Shown: positions 31,107 to 45,645, counted from the stretch's first letter. The stretch: 64,000 bases of DNA from Octopus vulgaris (GCA_951406725.2 OX597841.1:15872001-15936000); one strand, 5' to 3'. Notes: generated from the letters alone by a model not told the origin. A program made the numbers and translations.

Positions 31107-31157
31107 TTTGTCAGTGAACAGGTCGCGGTCATAAAGCGATGAAAATATTTTGACAAA
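31107..31157 (+). ncRNA. Hammerhead-like fold with G3-C8 core
   Basis: Stem I TTTGTCA/TGACAAA; core GTGAACA; G; stem II GTCGC/GCGAT; GAA; palindromic stem III AATATT; H17=U. Confidence 0.6.
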
Positions 31158-31309
31158 TTAAACTTAAATGTTGAAGTGAATCGAACGGCTTTTGTGTGTT
31201 TCTTAAATGGCTTACAAACACCTTCAACGCAGCAATTGGTTTCGTTCCAGCACACGATCTCAGATCAAATCACTTGCTATGCAAGTACATCTCCGTATAT
31301 ATATACATA

Positions 31310-31538
31310 TTTCTTTACTACCCACAAGGGGCTAAACATAGTGAGGACGAACAAGGACAGACAAACGGATTAAGTCGATTATATCGGCCCCAGTGCGTAA
31401 CTGGTACTTATTTAATCGCCCTCGAAAGGATGAAAGGCAAAGTCGACCTCGGTGGAATTTGAACTCAGAGCGTAACGTCAGACGAAATACGGCTACGCAT
31501 TTCGCCCGGCGTGCTAACGTTTCTGCCAGCTCGCCGCC
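31310..31538 (-). mobile_element. SINE family 2
   Basis: Homolog of 21920-22139. Confidence 0.85.
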
Positions 31539-31699
31539 TTATATGTGCAAATATATATTGTTCCATAAGGTTAATCGTGTAATCACACCTCTACACATAT
31601 ATACACTCGCATAAACATACACACTAGCGTAGATATTCACATACATGTAAGGATAGGCATACAAGTACATTTAGATATATAGCTTTATAGACTAGTGGC

Positions 31700-32830
31700 C
31701 GGTGAGGACACGGTATTTTGTTTTGCAGCCATAATGTCTAGCAAGTTAATAAAGGTTTATAAATCAATACTGCGACCTACTTTTTATCTTGACATACTTA
31801 TTTTTCTCTTTTTTATTTTGGTTGCAAAACTAAATCGGTGTCCCTACAAACAATTAATATATACGTGCCTGTTGCCTAGAATGTGTCAAATATGCAAAAT
31901 AAATAAATCCATTAGCGTTGCACCACTGAATTTAGTGGCTGTTTAAGCTCTGTATTCCTTTGATGGTTAATGGATTTGATATTGATATGGTACTGAGAAA
32001 CGAGCAATAACGTCCGAAATATGTATATACATCCATCATATAATTTTCTATGTTCGGTCACATTTTTACCTAGACCTTTACGGATACGAAACGTCGTAAA
32101 TTTCAATGCTGGCTTTAAATTCTATAGAGATATACTTAAAAATTAACGCACTGCTAACACAAAACGGTAGGCCATATTATTGGTTTATAAATCTTCAATA
32201 TACTTGATGCTATATTATGGCTGCATAATAAAATACAGTGTACCTATAAATCTTTAATATTTTCGTGCCAGCTTCCAGGAATGCGTTTCATATGTAAAAT
32301 TGGTAAATCCATTAGCGTTGCACCACTGAATTTAGTGGTGGTTTATGCTCTGTTTTCGTGGATGGTTAAGGGATTTGATGTGGTACTGAGGAACGAGTAA
32401 TAACGTCCGAAATATGTATATACATCCATTATGTAATTTTCTATATGCGGATATGAAAGGTCGTAAATTTCAATGCTGGCGCTAAATGCTATAGAGAGGT
32501 ACTTAAAAATTAAAACAACGCACTGCTAACACAAAAAAGTAGGTCACACTACTGGCTAAGAAGTCTTTAATATATTTGATATTATATTATCGTTGCATAA
32601 TGAAATACAGTGTCCCTACCAAAAATACAGTGTCCCTATCAGGGATTAATATATACGCACGTATTGCCAAGAATGTTTCATATGTAAAATTGGTCAATCC
32701 AATAATATTATGCTGCTATATTTAGTGGCTATTTAAGCAATATGTTCATGGATGGTTAATGTGTTGGATGTGGAACTGATGAAACAACAACAACTCCTGA
32801 AATAGGCATCTACCCTCATTACCTGTTTTA
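31700..32830. repeat. Diverged tandem repeat, ~400-bp unit, about 3 copies
   Basis: CCATTAGCGTTGCACCACTGAATTTAGTGG at 31909 and 32309, degraded at 32699; AATAACGTCCGAAATATGTATATACATCCA repeated. Confidence 0.85.
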
Positions 32831-32903
32831 CTATTTATGATCGCATTCTTTACATAGACGTATTCGGTAAAGTCAATTGTAACCTTAACTGAGTACTCAT
32901 CAC

Positions 32904-32945
32904 AACTGCCCGACGAACGAGAACATGAAACTCAGAGTAACAGTT
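32904..32945 (+). ncRNA. Hammerhead fold, family C
   Basis: AACTGC-CCGACGA-ACG-AGAA-CAT-GAA-ACTCAGAGT-A-ACAGTT. Confidence 0.6.
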
Positions 32946-33005
32946 CTGTGGAAATTTTGCAGCTTTAACAGTAAGCTGTGTGTATATATATACACACACA
33001 CACTC

Positions 33006-33036
<31 letters not shown>

Positions 33037-33308
33037 CATATATACATATACACATATATACATGTACATATCTATATGTATATATATATATGTTTATATA
33101 TATATATTTATATACATAATATATATGTATATATATGTATGTATATATATATGTATGTATATATATATGTATATATATATATATTTATATACATAATATA
33201 TATATGTATATATGTATGTATATATATATATATATATACATACATATATATGTATATATATGTACATATATACATATATATGTATGTATATATATATATG
33301 TATACATA

Positions 33309-33401
<93 letters not shown>

Positions 33402-33790
33402 TCAGTAGTTCCCCTTCTCTTCGCTCTACATCCTTTTTTTTTTGTTCCTCCGGCAATAGATTTTCCTTTCCAGAAAATTATATACTTCCTCCAGCAACGA
33501 GGTCACTTAACAGTCTCCAGAGAAATGGTAAACCTTTAATAAGTCTATAATTACCGACTACTCCCCCTCTTTCTCTCTGTCCTTCTCTGTCGGCGCTGTT
33601 CGTCTGTCGTTCCTTTTGTCAGCCATGTTGGCCTTCCATTTTCTATGTAGTCAATATGGAACGGTCGCATATGGATGTGTGTCCTAGGGAGATTTTCCAG
33701 TCAGAAACCCTGAATAACATCTTGTAATCTGGTGGGTTCCCTGTTTGGCGTTTTCTTGATCAATATTTCCAATTTCTGATCAGCAATTGT

Positions 33791-34420
33791 CGCAGGAGTG
33801 GCTGTGTGGTAAGTAGCTTGCTTACCAACCACATGGTTCTGGATTCAGTCCCATTGTGTGGCACCTTGGGCAAGTATCTTCTACTATAGCCTCGGGCCGA
33901 CCAAAGCCTTGTGAGTGGATTTGGTAGACGGAAACTGAAAGAAGCCTGTCGTATATATATATATATATATATATATAGGCGCAGGAGTGGCTGTGTGGTA
34001 AGTAGCTTGCTTACCAACCATATGGTTCCGGGTTCAATCCACTGCGTGGCACCTTGGGCAAGTGTCTTCTACTATAGCCTCGGGCCGACCAAAGCCTTGT
34101 GAGTGGATTTGGTAGACGGAAACTGAAAGAAGCCCGTCGTATATATATGTATATATATATATATATATATGTATGTGTATGTGTATATGTTTGTGTGTCT
34201 GTGTTTGTCCCCCAACATCGCTTGACAACCGATGCTGGTTGGTGTGTTTACGTCACCGTCACTTAGCGGTTCGGCAAAAGAGACCGATAGAATGAGTACT
34301 GGGCGTACAAAAGAATAAGTCCCGGGGTCGAGTTGCTCGATTAAAAAGGTGGTGCTCCAGCATGGCCGCAGTCAAATGACTGAAACAAGTAAAAGAGTAA
34401 AAGAGTAAAACAGAGTAAGA
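33791..34420 (+). mobile_element. SINE family 1: head half plus full copy (33978-34420)
   Basis: Homology; the first copy ends at the internal (TA)n. Confidence 0.9.
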
Positions 34421-34604
34421 GTGATATTTCCAGGTGTCCCGCCATCTTCCACCTCACTTTTAAATTCTTCATAACGTGTCCGTGTCTATGTTTTTCATTT
34501 ATTTGTGTCCGTCATTACACTGCGGCCATGCTGGGGCACCGACTTCAAGAATGTTTAGTTGAATGAGACGACAACAGTACTGATTTTATTTTATAAAACC
34601 GGAT

Positions 34605-34925
34605 CGTCATCATCATTGTTCGACCGTGGTCGAGACAATGGAATTTACCATGCTACGCCAGACTTCACGGTCCATCATGGCATTACGGAGGTCCTGTTGT
34701 TGGATGCCTGTATCCCTGGAGATTACATCAGGGTAGGAGAGTGTGCGCCCTCTGGTATCGCGACCGTGGTCGAGACAATGGAATTTACCATACTATGCCA
34801 GACTTCACGGTCCATCATGGCATTACGGAGGTCCTGTTGCTGGATGCCTGTATCCCTGGAGATTACATCAGGGTAGGAGAGTGTGCGCCCTCTGGTATTG
34901 CGAGTAGATGGCTTCCAGAGGAGAA
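34605..34925 (-). mobile_element. RTE LINE 3' end with tandem 140-bp duplication
   Basis: Minus-strand LWKPSTRNTRGRTLSYPDVISRDTGIQQQDLRNAMMDREVW.SMV and a (GAT)n tail. 34621-34760 matches 34761-34900. Confidence 0.8.
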
Positions 34926-35280
34926 GAGTAGAAATTGCCTCGTTTTTAGCCAGTCGATCTCTTTTTGCCGAACCTCCAAGCTACAGGGACGTAAACAAAC
35001 CAACACCGATTGTCATGTGTTGGTGGAGGACAAACACAGACATAAACACACTCGCACAGTCTTTCTTAAACCAGGAACAAAGTTTGTCGGTCTCTTTTGC
35101 CGAACAGCAGGGGACGGGGAGTTAAACACACCAACAAACATATTACATATATATATATATATACCAACCACATGGTTCCGGGTTCAGTCCCACTGCTGGC
35201 ACCTTGGGCAAGTGTCTTCTACTATAGCCTCGGGCCGATCAAAGCTTTGTGAGTGGATTTGAAAGAAGGCCGTGGTATTT

Positions 35281-35454
35281 TGTCTTCTCTTCTCTGGATC
35301 TTTCCTTCTCCTACATTTCCGACGAAGAGCTCCGCTCGAAACGTTAAACCCTCCTTCTTTCTTTCTTTAATGAGCGTCCAATGATACTAGATTTGTTCCA
35401 CGTCCTCGCGTTGTTGTGTTTTCTCTTTGTGTTTTCATGTTTGGATTAACTTTA
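35281..35454 (+). mobile_element. Hammerhead-bearing element family A
   Basis: Fold at 35315-35349; a Helitron is inserted at its 3' TA. Confidence 0.7.
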
Positions 35455-35793
35455 TCTCTCTCTATATAAACGGCAGTTTGTCTGTGCGTGTTTCTGTGTG
35501 TCTGTTTGCTTGTACCCTCACCCTGACCACGGCTTTCAACCGATTCTGATGAAACTTGACACACACATAGCCCAATGTCATAATTCAAAACTAACGCAGC
35601 GAAAATTTTGAAAAGTTCCCCCACTTCTGAAAAATATCGATAAATTCGACATGGGGTCGAGAATCAGAAACACAAACCGCAAATTTACCATTATTTTTTT
35701 CCATTTTTTTGCTATTTTTTGGCTATAACTCTCTAAAAATGCTTTATAGTTATTTCCCTTACAAACCTGAGCAACGCCGGGCGATACTGCTAG
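35455..35793 (+). mobile_element. Non-autonomous Helitron with internal deletion
   Basis: A|TC...CTAG|T; homology to the other copies. Confidence 0.85.
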
Positions 35794-36012
35794 TATATAT
35801 ATATATATATATATATCCAGAAACGTGCGTTTATAATTGACCGTGAACTGTTTGATTTCGTTATTTTTCTTCTTTTTTGTCAGGTATGAGTTACAAATAT
35901 TGTTGTCTGTGGAGACATATTTTTGTAGTAAAAGGAAATAGCAGTCCTTTGGCTGCTATTTCTAAAATTTTCGGTATGTGGTCAAGCAGCTTGTTGCAAA
36001 GGCCCTTATTGT

Positions 36013-36039
<27 letters not shown>

Positions 36040-36049
<10 letters not shown>

Positions 36050-36670
36050 ATATGTTTGTGTGTCTGTTTCCCCCCCCCCCAACATCGCTTGACAACCGAT
36101 GCTGGTGTGTTTACGTCCTCGTGACTTAGCGGTTCGACCAAAAGAGTCTGATAGATTAAGTACTAGGCTTACAAGGAATAAGTCCTGGGCTCGATTTGCT
36201 CGACTAAAGGCGGTGCTCCAGCATGGCCACCGTCAAATGACTGAAACAAGTAAAAGAGTAAAGAGTGGCGCAGGAGTGGCTGTGTGGTAAGTAGCTTGCT
36301 AACCAACCACATGGTTCAGGGTTCAGTCCCACTGCATGGCACCTTGGGCAAGTGTCTTCTACTATAGCCTTGGGCCGACTAAAGCCTTGTGAGAGGATTT
36401 GTTAGACGGAAACTGAAAGAAGCCTGTTGTATATATGTATATATATGCGTGTGTGTGTGTTTGTGTGTCTGTGTTTGTCCCCCTAGCATTGCTTGACAAC
36501 CGATGCTGGTGTGTTTACGTTCCCGTCACTTCGCGGTTCGGCAAAAGAGACCGATAGAATAAGTACTGGGCTTACAAAGAATAAGTCCTGGGGTCGATTT
36601 GCTCGATTACAGGCGGTGCTCCAGCATGGCCGCAGTCAAATGACTGAAACAAGTAAAAGAGAGTAAAGAG
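36040..36670 (+). mobile_element. SINE family 1: tail half plus full copy (36267-36670)
   Basis: Homology. Confidence 0.9.
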
Positions 36671-36855
36671 TGTATATATATATAGATAGATATATGTCTC
36701 TGTGTTTGTCCCTCCCGACATCCGCTTTACGACCGGTGTTGGTTCCCTTACATTCCCGTAGTCTTGAAGTTCGGCAAAAGACTTTAAAACGTGTGTGTGT
36801 GTGTGTGTATGTGTCTGCTTGCATACGCATGTGTGTTTGCGTGTGTGTGTGTATG

Positions 36856-36886
<31 letters not shown>

Positions 36887-37050
36887 CTGATTCGTTTGAT
36901 GAGAAGTCCTGCGAACGTGTGTGTTTTAAGTTATAGAAATTACGACCTGAAGCGAACACACAGACACAGAGGAATCGCTCCGACTTGGCGAACGAACCTA
37001 AGTCAACGACCGTATAACGAACCGCTGTAAGTATATATATATATATATGC

Positions 37051-37117
<67 letters not shown>

Positions 37118-37197
37118 TATGCATATATATATATATCTCTATATATATATACATCTATGCATATATATATATACTTATATATATATACATATATATA

Positions 37198-37249
<52 letters not shown>

Positions 37250-37334
37250 TATATATGCACACACATCTATATATATCTATATATATATGAAGAGAAAGAG
37301 AGAGAGAGAGAGACACACACACAGACGGACGGAC

Positions 37335-37417
<83 letters not shown>

Positions 37418-37907
37418 CAGGTAGGCAGATTGATGGACAATTTGTACAGATGCATATGTCAATGTGTGTGTATATATAGATATAGATATATATATATATA
37501 TGTATATAAGCATATATGCACACATACACACATCACACACACTCATATATCTATCTGTATAGACATGCATACACCTATATGCATGTACGCTATAGTAAAA
37601 CTACCCACAAATACATATACACACGCGTATATATATACATACATGAGACACTAGCACCTAGCTATCCAAACGCATGAATTCGTGTACACACATATAGATT
37701 TACGCACGTCAATCCGCATACCACGTGCTTAGGAGGGAGACCGCAACATGGTAGCTATACCTGGTAGAAATAGCAGCCAAATCACCCTCAAATCACATCG
37801 TGCTGTCTTATCTATGTATATATGTATGTATGAGCCAATGAGGGAGACCTCTACATGGAGGGATACACATATACACACACACATGCATACATACATACAT
37901 ACATACA

Positions 37908-37984
<77 letters not shown>

Positions 37985-38188
37985 GACGGGCTTCTTTCAG
38001 TTTCCGTCTACCAAATCCACTCACAAGGCATTGGTCAGTCAAGGGCTATTGTAGAAGACACACTTGCCCAAGGTGCCATGCAGTGGGACTGAACCCGGAA
38101 TCATGTGGTTGGAAAGCAATGTATAAATATACATGTATATATGTGTGTGTGCATGTGTATATATATAAATATATATATATATATCTTT

Positions 38189-38235
<47 letters not shown>

Positions 38236-38292
38236 AAAGGGCTTAGTAAAATAAATTACTTCGCCGCATACTGAACTCATTATTGTTGAAAT

Positions 38293-38391
<99 letters not shown>

Positions 38392-38440
38392 GGAGAGTTA
38401 GAGATAGATTTACCTTCATGTATATAGAAGACAAACGCAT

Positions 38441-38478
<38 letters not shown>

Positions 38479-38668
38479 GTTAACGAACACACGGACACAC
38501 ACCGTTTGTACTAACGCAGAAAAATGTCTGTCTGACATTTAAATAAACACGCGCGCGCGCTCACACGTACACAGGAACACACACACGCTTATTCGCGCGC
38601 GGGATTTACTAATTAACTAAATTACTATTTGTACACACACAGGTATGCATGCACACATATACATACAT

Positions 38669-38746
<78 letters not shown>

Positions 38747-38771
38747 TTATATATAAATATATATATATATA

Positions 38772-39190
38772 GGCGCAGGAGTGGCTGTGTGGTAAGTAAC
38801 TTGTTTACCAACCACATGGTTCCGGGTTCAGTCCCACTGCGTGGCACCTTGGGCAAGTGTCTTCTACAATAGCCTCGGGCCGACCAAAGCCTTGTGAGTG
38901 GATTTGGTAGACGGAAACTGAAAGAAGCCCGTCGTATATATGTATATGTATATATATATATGCATGTGTGTGTTTGTGTGTCTGTGTTTGTCCCCCTAGC
39001 ATTGCTTGACAACCGATGCTGGTGTGTTTATGTCCCCGTTACTTAGCGGTTCGGCAAAAGAGACCGATAGAATAAGTACTGGGCTTACAAAAGAATAAGT
39101 CCCGGGGTCGAATTGCTCGATTAAAGGCGGTGCTCCAGCATGGCCACAGTCAAATGACTGAAACAAGTAAAAGAATAAAAGAGTAAAAGA
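38772..39190 (+). mobile_element. SINE family 1, full length
   Basis: Complete head, internal microsatellite and tail. Confidence 0.9.
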
Positions 39191-39208
39191 ATATATATAT
39201 ATAAATCC

Positions 39209-39517
39209 TTAAAAATGTTTCGCCCGAAAGCTGTAGCCATGCTGGGGCACAACCGTTGAATGAGCTGCACTAGTATGTGAAACCACCTCTGATACGTGAC
39301 ACTTGGTCAACAAGGGAGTTCGATGCCGCTGCCCGCATCTGTGTTTCCTGCCGAGAGGTAGGTTCATCTGGAACCCCTGACAAGAAGAGATCCAGTTTAG
39401 TTTTAAAGAAACCCACATCCACACCATGCAGGGCTCTCAGGCATTTAGGAAGGATATTGAAGAGCTGTGGTCCCCTGAAACCCAAGCTGTTGCAGTATCT
39501 GGACCTGTATTTTGATG

Positions 39518-39520
<3 letters not shown>
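39209..39520 (-). mobile_element. CR1-group LINE 3' fragment (same family as 13235-13660)
   Basis: SKYRSRYCNSLGFRGPQLFNILPK...FKTKLDLFLSGVPDEPTSRQETQMRAAASNSL; tail GTGCCCCAGCATGGCTACAG. Confidence 0.85.
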
Positions 39521-39604
<84 letters not shown>

Positions 39605-39719
39605 ATAAATGCATTGCTATATAAACAAACGTTTACTGACCCACGAATAAGCTTTCTTGTTTCCGTGTATATAAACATACATATACATTTATATATACAT
39701 TTCTCTCCGCCCTTTTCAA

Positions 39720-39993
39720 GCTTAGCCAGGCTCTTGGGCGCGGTTCCCGGTTTGTATGGCGTATGTGTTCCCCAGCTGGACGGGACACCAGTCCATCGCA
39801 GCGTTACTCAAGAAACAGGAAGAGAGAGTGAGAGAAAGTTGGGGCGAAACGGTACAACAGGGGGTCACCACCAGCCCCTCGCCGGAGCCTCGTGGAGCTT
39901 TTAAGTGCTTTCGCTCAATAAACACACACAACGCCCGGTCTGGGAATCGAAACCGAGATCCTCCGACCGCGAGTCCGCTGCCCATTGTGCTTC

Positions 39994-39994
<1 letters not shown>
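39720..39994 (-). mobile_element. SINE family 3-related copy with a different 3' part
   Basis: Head matches 5330-5460. Confidence 0.75.
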
Positions 39995-40031
<37 letters not shown>

Positions 40032-40034
<3 letters not shown>

Positions 40035-40155
40035 GGTGTCCCAAAAAAATGTATACACACCTTAAATAATTGTAAATGTGTTATTCTTTGTAAGCCTAGT
40101 TCTATCGTTCTCTTTTGCCGAACCACTATGTGTATACATTTTTTTGGGACACCCT
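40032..40155. mobile_element. Tc1/mariner-type MITE
   Basis: 27-bp perfect TIRs (40033-40059 and 40129-40155) beginning TA|CAGGGTGTCCC. Confidence 0.85.
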
Positions 40156-40545
40156 CTCTCTCTCTATATATATATATATATGTGCGTGTGTGTAGATGTA
40201 TATGTATGAAACTATATATATAACAATACCATGAACGTATGCTTACTTATGTGTGTGTATGCGTGTGTCTATGTGTGTGTATGTATGTGTTTGTGTATGT
40301 GTTGGTGTGTCGCAGGGAAACCACCAGCACCGATTCAAAAACATGCTGACTTAGCGTATCAAAAAAAAAAAAGCAGATATCGATATAATCAGTCGCAGAG
40401 TTCAATATATAATTGGTTTTGAGGGGAGGGATTGATATGATCGATTTTGATCTCTTGACCTCTTGTGTCTCATTACAGTCACGATTCAATGGTTAAAGAA
40501 GTTATCGGGTACACGGGTGATGCGGTCAGAGGCGCACACAAGCAC

Positions 40546-41038
<493 letters not shown>

Positions 41039-41039
41039 A

Positions 41040-41421
41040 GAGAGAAAGAGAGAGATGAGAGTAACAGACAGTAGTGGTAGAGAGAGAGAGAGAGAGAGAG
41101 ACCGGTAATTAAAGCGAGAGAGAGAGAGAGAATGATAATTGAAGAGAGAGGCATAGAGATGGGATGATGAAGAGGGGTAATTAAAGAGAAGAACAGACAG
41201 ACAGACTGTGGTAATTGGGAGAAAGAGAGAGGGGAGGAGAGGGGAGAGAGAGAGAGAGAATGGTAATTGAAGACAGACAGCGAGTCAGAAGTAATGGTAC
41301 TTGGGAGAGAGGTAGGAGAAAGATAGAGACACAGAGAGAGAGAGAGAGGGGGGAAGAACGGTAAATAAAGAAAGAGACACCGATAGTGCTGAGAGAGAGA
41401 GAGAGGGGGGATAAAGACAGT

Positions 41422-41457
<36 letters not shown>

Positions 41458-41633
41458 ATATAGACAGTGACAGAGAGAGAGGATATAGACAGTGACAGAG
41501 AGAGAGAGAGAGAGAGGGGATATAGACAGTGACAGAGAGAGAGGATATAGACAGTGACAGAGAGTGAGAGAGAGAGAGAGAGAGAGAGGATATAGTCAGT
41601 GACAGAGAGAGAGAGAGAGAGGATATAGTCAGT

Positions 41634-41669
<36 letters not shown>

Positions 41670-41678
41670 ATAGTCAGT

Positions 41679-41718
<40 letters not shown>

Positions 41719-41762
41719 ATAGTCAGTGACAGAGAGTGAGAGAGAGAGAGGATATAGTCAGT

Positions 41763-41796
<34 letters not shown>

Positions 41797-41886
41797 ATAG
41801 TCAGTGACAGAGAGAGAGAGAGAGAGAGAGAGAGGATATAGTCAGTGACAGAGAGAGAGAGAGAGAGAGAGGATATAGTCAGTGAC

Positions 41887-41923
<37 letters not shown>

Positions 41924-41992
41924 TAGCGGTAATTGAGAGAGAGAGAGAGAGACATACAAATATATAGACAAGCAGTTTAATTTAGAGAAAGA

Positions 41993-42042
<50 letters not shown>

Positions 42043-42395
42043 GATATGTAGACAGTGTTAATTTAGAGAGAGACAGACAGACAGACAGAAAAATATATAA
42101 ATATATTTATATAAATATAGACAACGGCAATTAAGGAGAGAGAGAGAGAATGATTGACAGACAGAGGTAATGGAGAGAGAGGGGAGAGGGAGAGGGAGAG
42201 AGAACGGTAATTAAGAAGAGACAGGCAGATAATGATACCTGAGAGAGAGAGAGAGAGAGAGAGAGAAGATAGACAGCGGTAATTAAAGAGCGACAGATAG
42301 ACAGACAGATAGAGAGAAAGACGGTGGTAATTGAGAGAGAGAAAGAGAGAGACAATGATAGTTAAAAAGAGAGATTGATAGACAGACAGGAGTAA

Positions 42396-42435
<40 letters not shown>

Positions 42436-42565
42436 CAACGATAAGTAGACAAAGACTAAGTCAGCAGTAATTGAGAGGGAGAGAAAGAGAGAAGGAGAGA
42501 GAGAGAGAAGGAGAGGAATAGACAACGATAATTAAAGAGAGAGCTTGATAGACTGACAAGAGTAA

Positions 42566-42598
<33 letters not shown>

Positions 42599-42779
42599 AC
42601 GGTAATTAGAAACAGACAGACGGTGGTAATTGAGAGAGAGAGAGAGAAGATAGACAACGGTTATAAGAGACAGATAGACAGACAGATAGAAAGATAGACA
42701 GTGGTAATTAAGAAAGAGAAAGAGAGAGACAATGATAATTAAAAAGAGAGATTGATAGACAGACAGGAGTAAGTACGAA

Positions 42780-42810
<31 letters not shown>

Positions 42811-42914
42811 CAAGGATAATTAAGGAGAGAGCTTGATAGACAGACAGGTGTAGTTAAACGAGAGGGGGAGAGAGGGAGAGATAGACAACGGTAATTAGAA
42901 GGAGATTCATAGAG

Positions 42915-42952
<38 letters not shown>

Positions 42953-44589
42953 GTAATTAGAGAGATAGAGAGACAAGAGTTGTTAAGAGAGAAAAATTGA
43001 GGGGAGATAGACATCCGTAATTAAAGACGGCTTGATAGACAGAGAGAAGTAATTAAGAGAGAGAGACGGGGTAGAGATAGACAGCGGTAATTAGAGACAG
43101 ACAGACAGACGGTGGTAATTGAGAGAGAGAGAGAATGGTAATTAAAAAGAGAGATTGATGGAGAAACAGACCGGAGTAATTGACCGAGTGAGGGAGGAGG
43201 AGAGAAAGAGAGAGAGAGAGAGAATGGTAATTAAAAAGAGAGATTGATGGAGAAACAGACCGGAGTAATTGACCGAGTGAGGGAGGAGGAGAGAAAGAGA
43301 GAGAGAGAGAGAGAGTGAGAGTGAGAGACAGCGGTAATTAAAGAGAGACAGATAGACAGACAGATAGACAGTGGTAATTAAAGAGAGACAGATAGACAGA
43401 CAGATAGACAGTGGTAATTAAAAAGAGACAGATAGACAGACAGATAGACAGTGGTAATTAAAGAGAGACAGATAGACAGACAGATAGACAGTGGTAATTA
43501 AAGAGAGACAGATAGACAGACAGATAGACAGTGGTAATTAAAGAGAGACAGATAGACAGACAGATAGACAGTGGTAATTAAAGAGAGACGGATAGACAGA
43601 CAGATAGACAGTGGTAATTAAAGAGAGAGATAGACAGACAGATAGACAGTGGTAATTAAAGAGAGACAGATAGACAGACAGATAGACAGTGGTAATTAAA
43701 GAGAGACAGATAGACAGACAGATAGACAGTGGTAATTAAAGAGAGACAGATAGACAGACAGATAGACAGTGGTAATTAAAGAGAGACGGATAGACAGACA
43801 GATAGACAGTGGTAATTAAAGAGAGACAGATAGACAGACAGATAGACAGTGGTAATTAAAGAGAGACAGATAGACAGACAGATAGACAGACAGATAGACA
43901 GTGGTAATTAAAGAGAGACAGATAGACAGACAGATAGACAGTGGTAATTAAAGAGAGACGGATAGGCAGACAGATAGACAGTGGTAATTAGAGAGACAGA
44001 TAGACAGACAGATAGACAGTGGTAATTAAAGAGAGACAGATAGACAGACAGATAGACAGTGGTAATTAAAGAGAGACAGATAGACAGACAGATAGACAGT
44101 GGTAATTAAAGAGAGAGTGGCAGGCAGACGACCAGACGATTGAGAGACGGTGATAGAGAGGGGAGGAGATAGACGCCAATGATTAAGAGACAGAGAAGAA
44201 GGGGAAGAGGAGGAGGTGGGAGGGAGAGACAGGTGCTGGTAATTGTGAGAGAGAGTGAGAGAGGGACAGAAAAAAATTGATGGAGAGAGTGAGAGGTAAT
44301 AGAGAGTCGGAGAGAGGAGGAGGTAGAAAGAGAGGAAGATATTGAGAAAAATTAAGGGAGAGAGACGGAGAGAGTTGTTTGGCAAAGTGATAGAGGACAA
44401 TATTGAGAGAGAGAGGGGGAGAAAGAGAGAAAGAGAGAGAGGGAAAGAGAGAGAGAAAGAAAGAGAGAGAGGGAAAGAGAGAGAGAAAGAGAGAGAGGGA
44501 AAGAGAGAGAGGGAAAGAGAGAGAGGGAGAGAGAAAGAGAGAGAGAGAAAGAGAGAGAGGGAAAGAAAGAGAGAGAGGGAGAGAGAGAA

Positions 44590-44676
<87 letters not shown>

Positions 44677-44770
44677 AAGAGAGAGAGGGAAAGAGAGAGA
44701 GGGAAAGAGAGAGAGGGAAAGAGAGAGAGAAAGAGAGAGAGGGAAAGAAAGAGAGGGAAAGAGAGAGAGG

Positions 44771-44819
<49 letters not shown>

Positions 44820-44892
44820 GAGAGAGAGGGAAAGAGAGAGAGAGAGGGAGAAAGAGAGAGAGGGAAAGAGAGAGAGAGAGAGAGAGAGGGAA

Positions 44893-44927
<35 letters not shown>

Positions 44928-45376
44928 CTGTGTGTGTGAGAGATAGACTTGATAATTGAGAGAGAGAAAAGGGAAGTTACGAATGAAAGAAAATGAAGGC
45001 GATTGATATCGTTCACGGAGAAAGGGAGAGAGAAAGAGAGAGAGACAGAGAGAGAGAGACAGAGAGAGGAGCTAATAGTAAATGAAAGACAATGTGAGAG
45101 AGAGAGAGATAGACAGACAGACAGATAAAGAGGTATAGAGAATGATACGGAGAGAGAGATGAAAAGAGAGAGAGAGGGAGAGAAAGATCGTAAGTGAAGT
45201 TGATAAACACAGAGAGAGGAGGAGAGATAAAGAGAGAGAAATAGAGAGAGATTGATACAGAGAAAGGGACAGAGAGAAATTAGCATTCAGAGAGAGAGAG
45301 AGAGAGAAGAGGGGGTAAAGAAGTAGAGGTTGAGTGAGAGTGAGAGAGAGAGAGAGAGAATTGAACGTTGACAAAG

Positions 45377-45410
<34 letters not shown>

Positions 45411-45604
45411 TGAAGTAGAAATAGAGGGAGATATGGATATTGAAAGATAGAGAGACAGAGACAGACAGATGGACAGACGGAAGAACGGACAGACAGACAG
45501 ATAGATAGATAGAGAGAAACAGAGAGGCGGGGGGAGAAAGAGAGCGATGCAAGTTGAAAGAGAGAAGGTAAAGTTTTTAGAGATATATAGAGGGAAATGA
45601 ATGA

Positions 45605-45645
<41 letters not shown>

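Noticed and set aside
36886-36940. TTGATGA...GAAATT hammerhead-like string
   Set aside because: No credible stem II; likely chance.
41410-41890. CRISPR-like pattern: constant GGATATAG(A/T)CAGTGACA with variable spacers
   Set aside because: The spacers are only (GA)n of varying length, there are no cas genes, and the context is eukaryotic.
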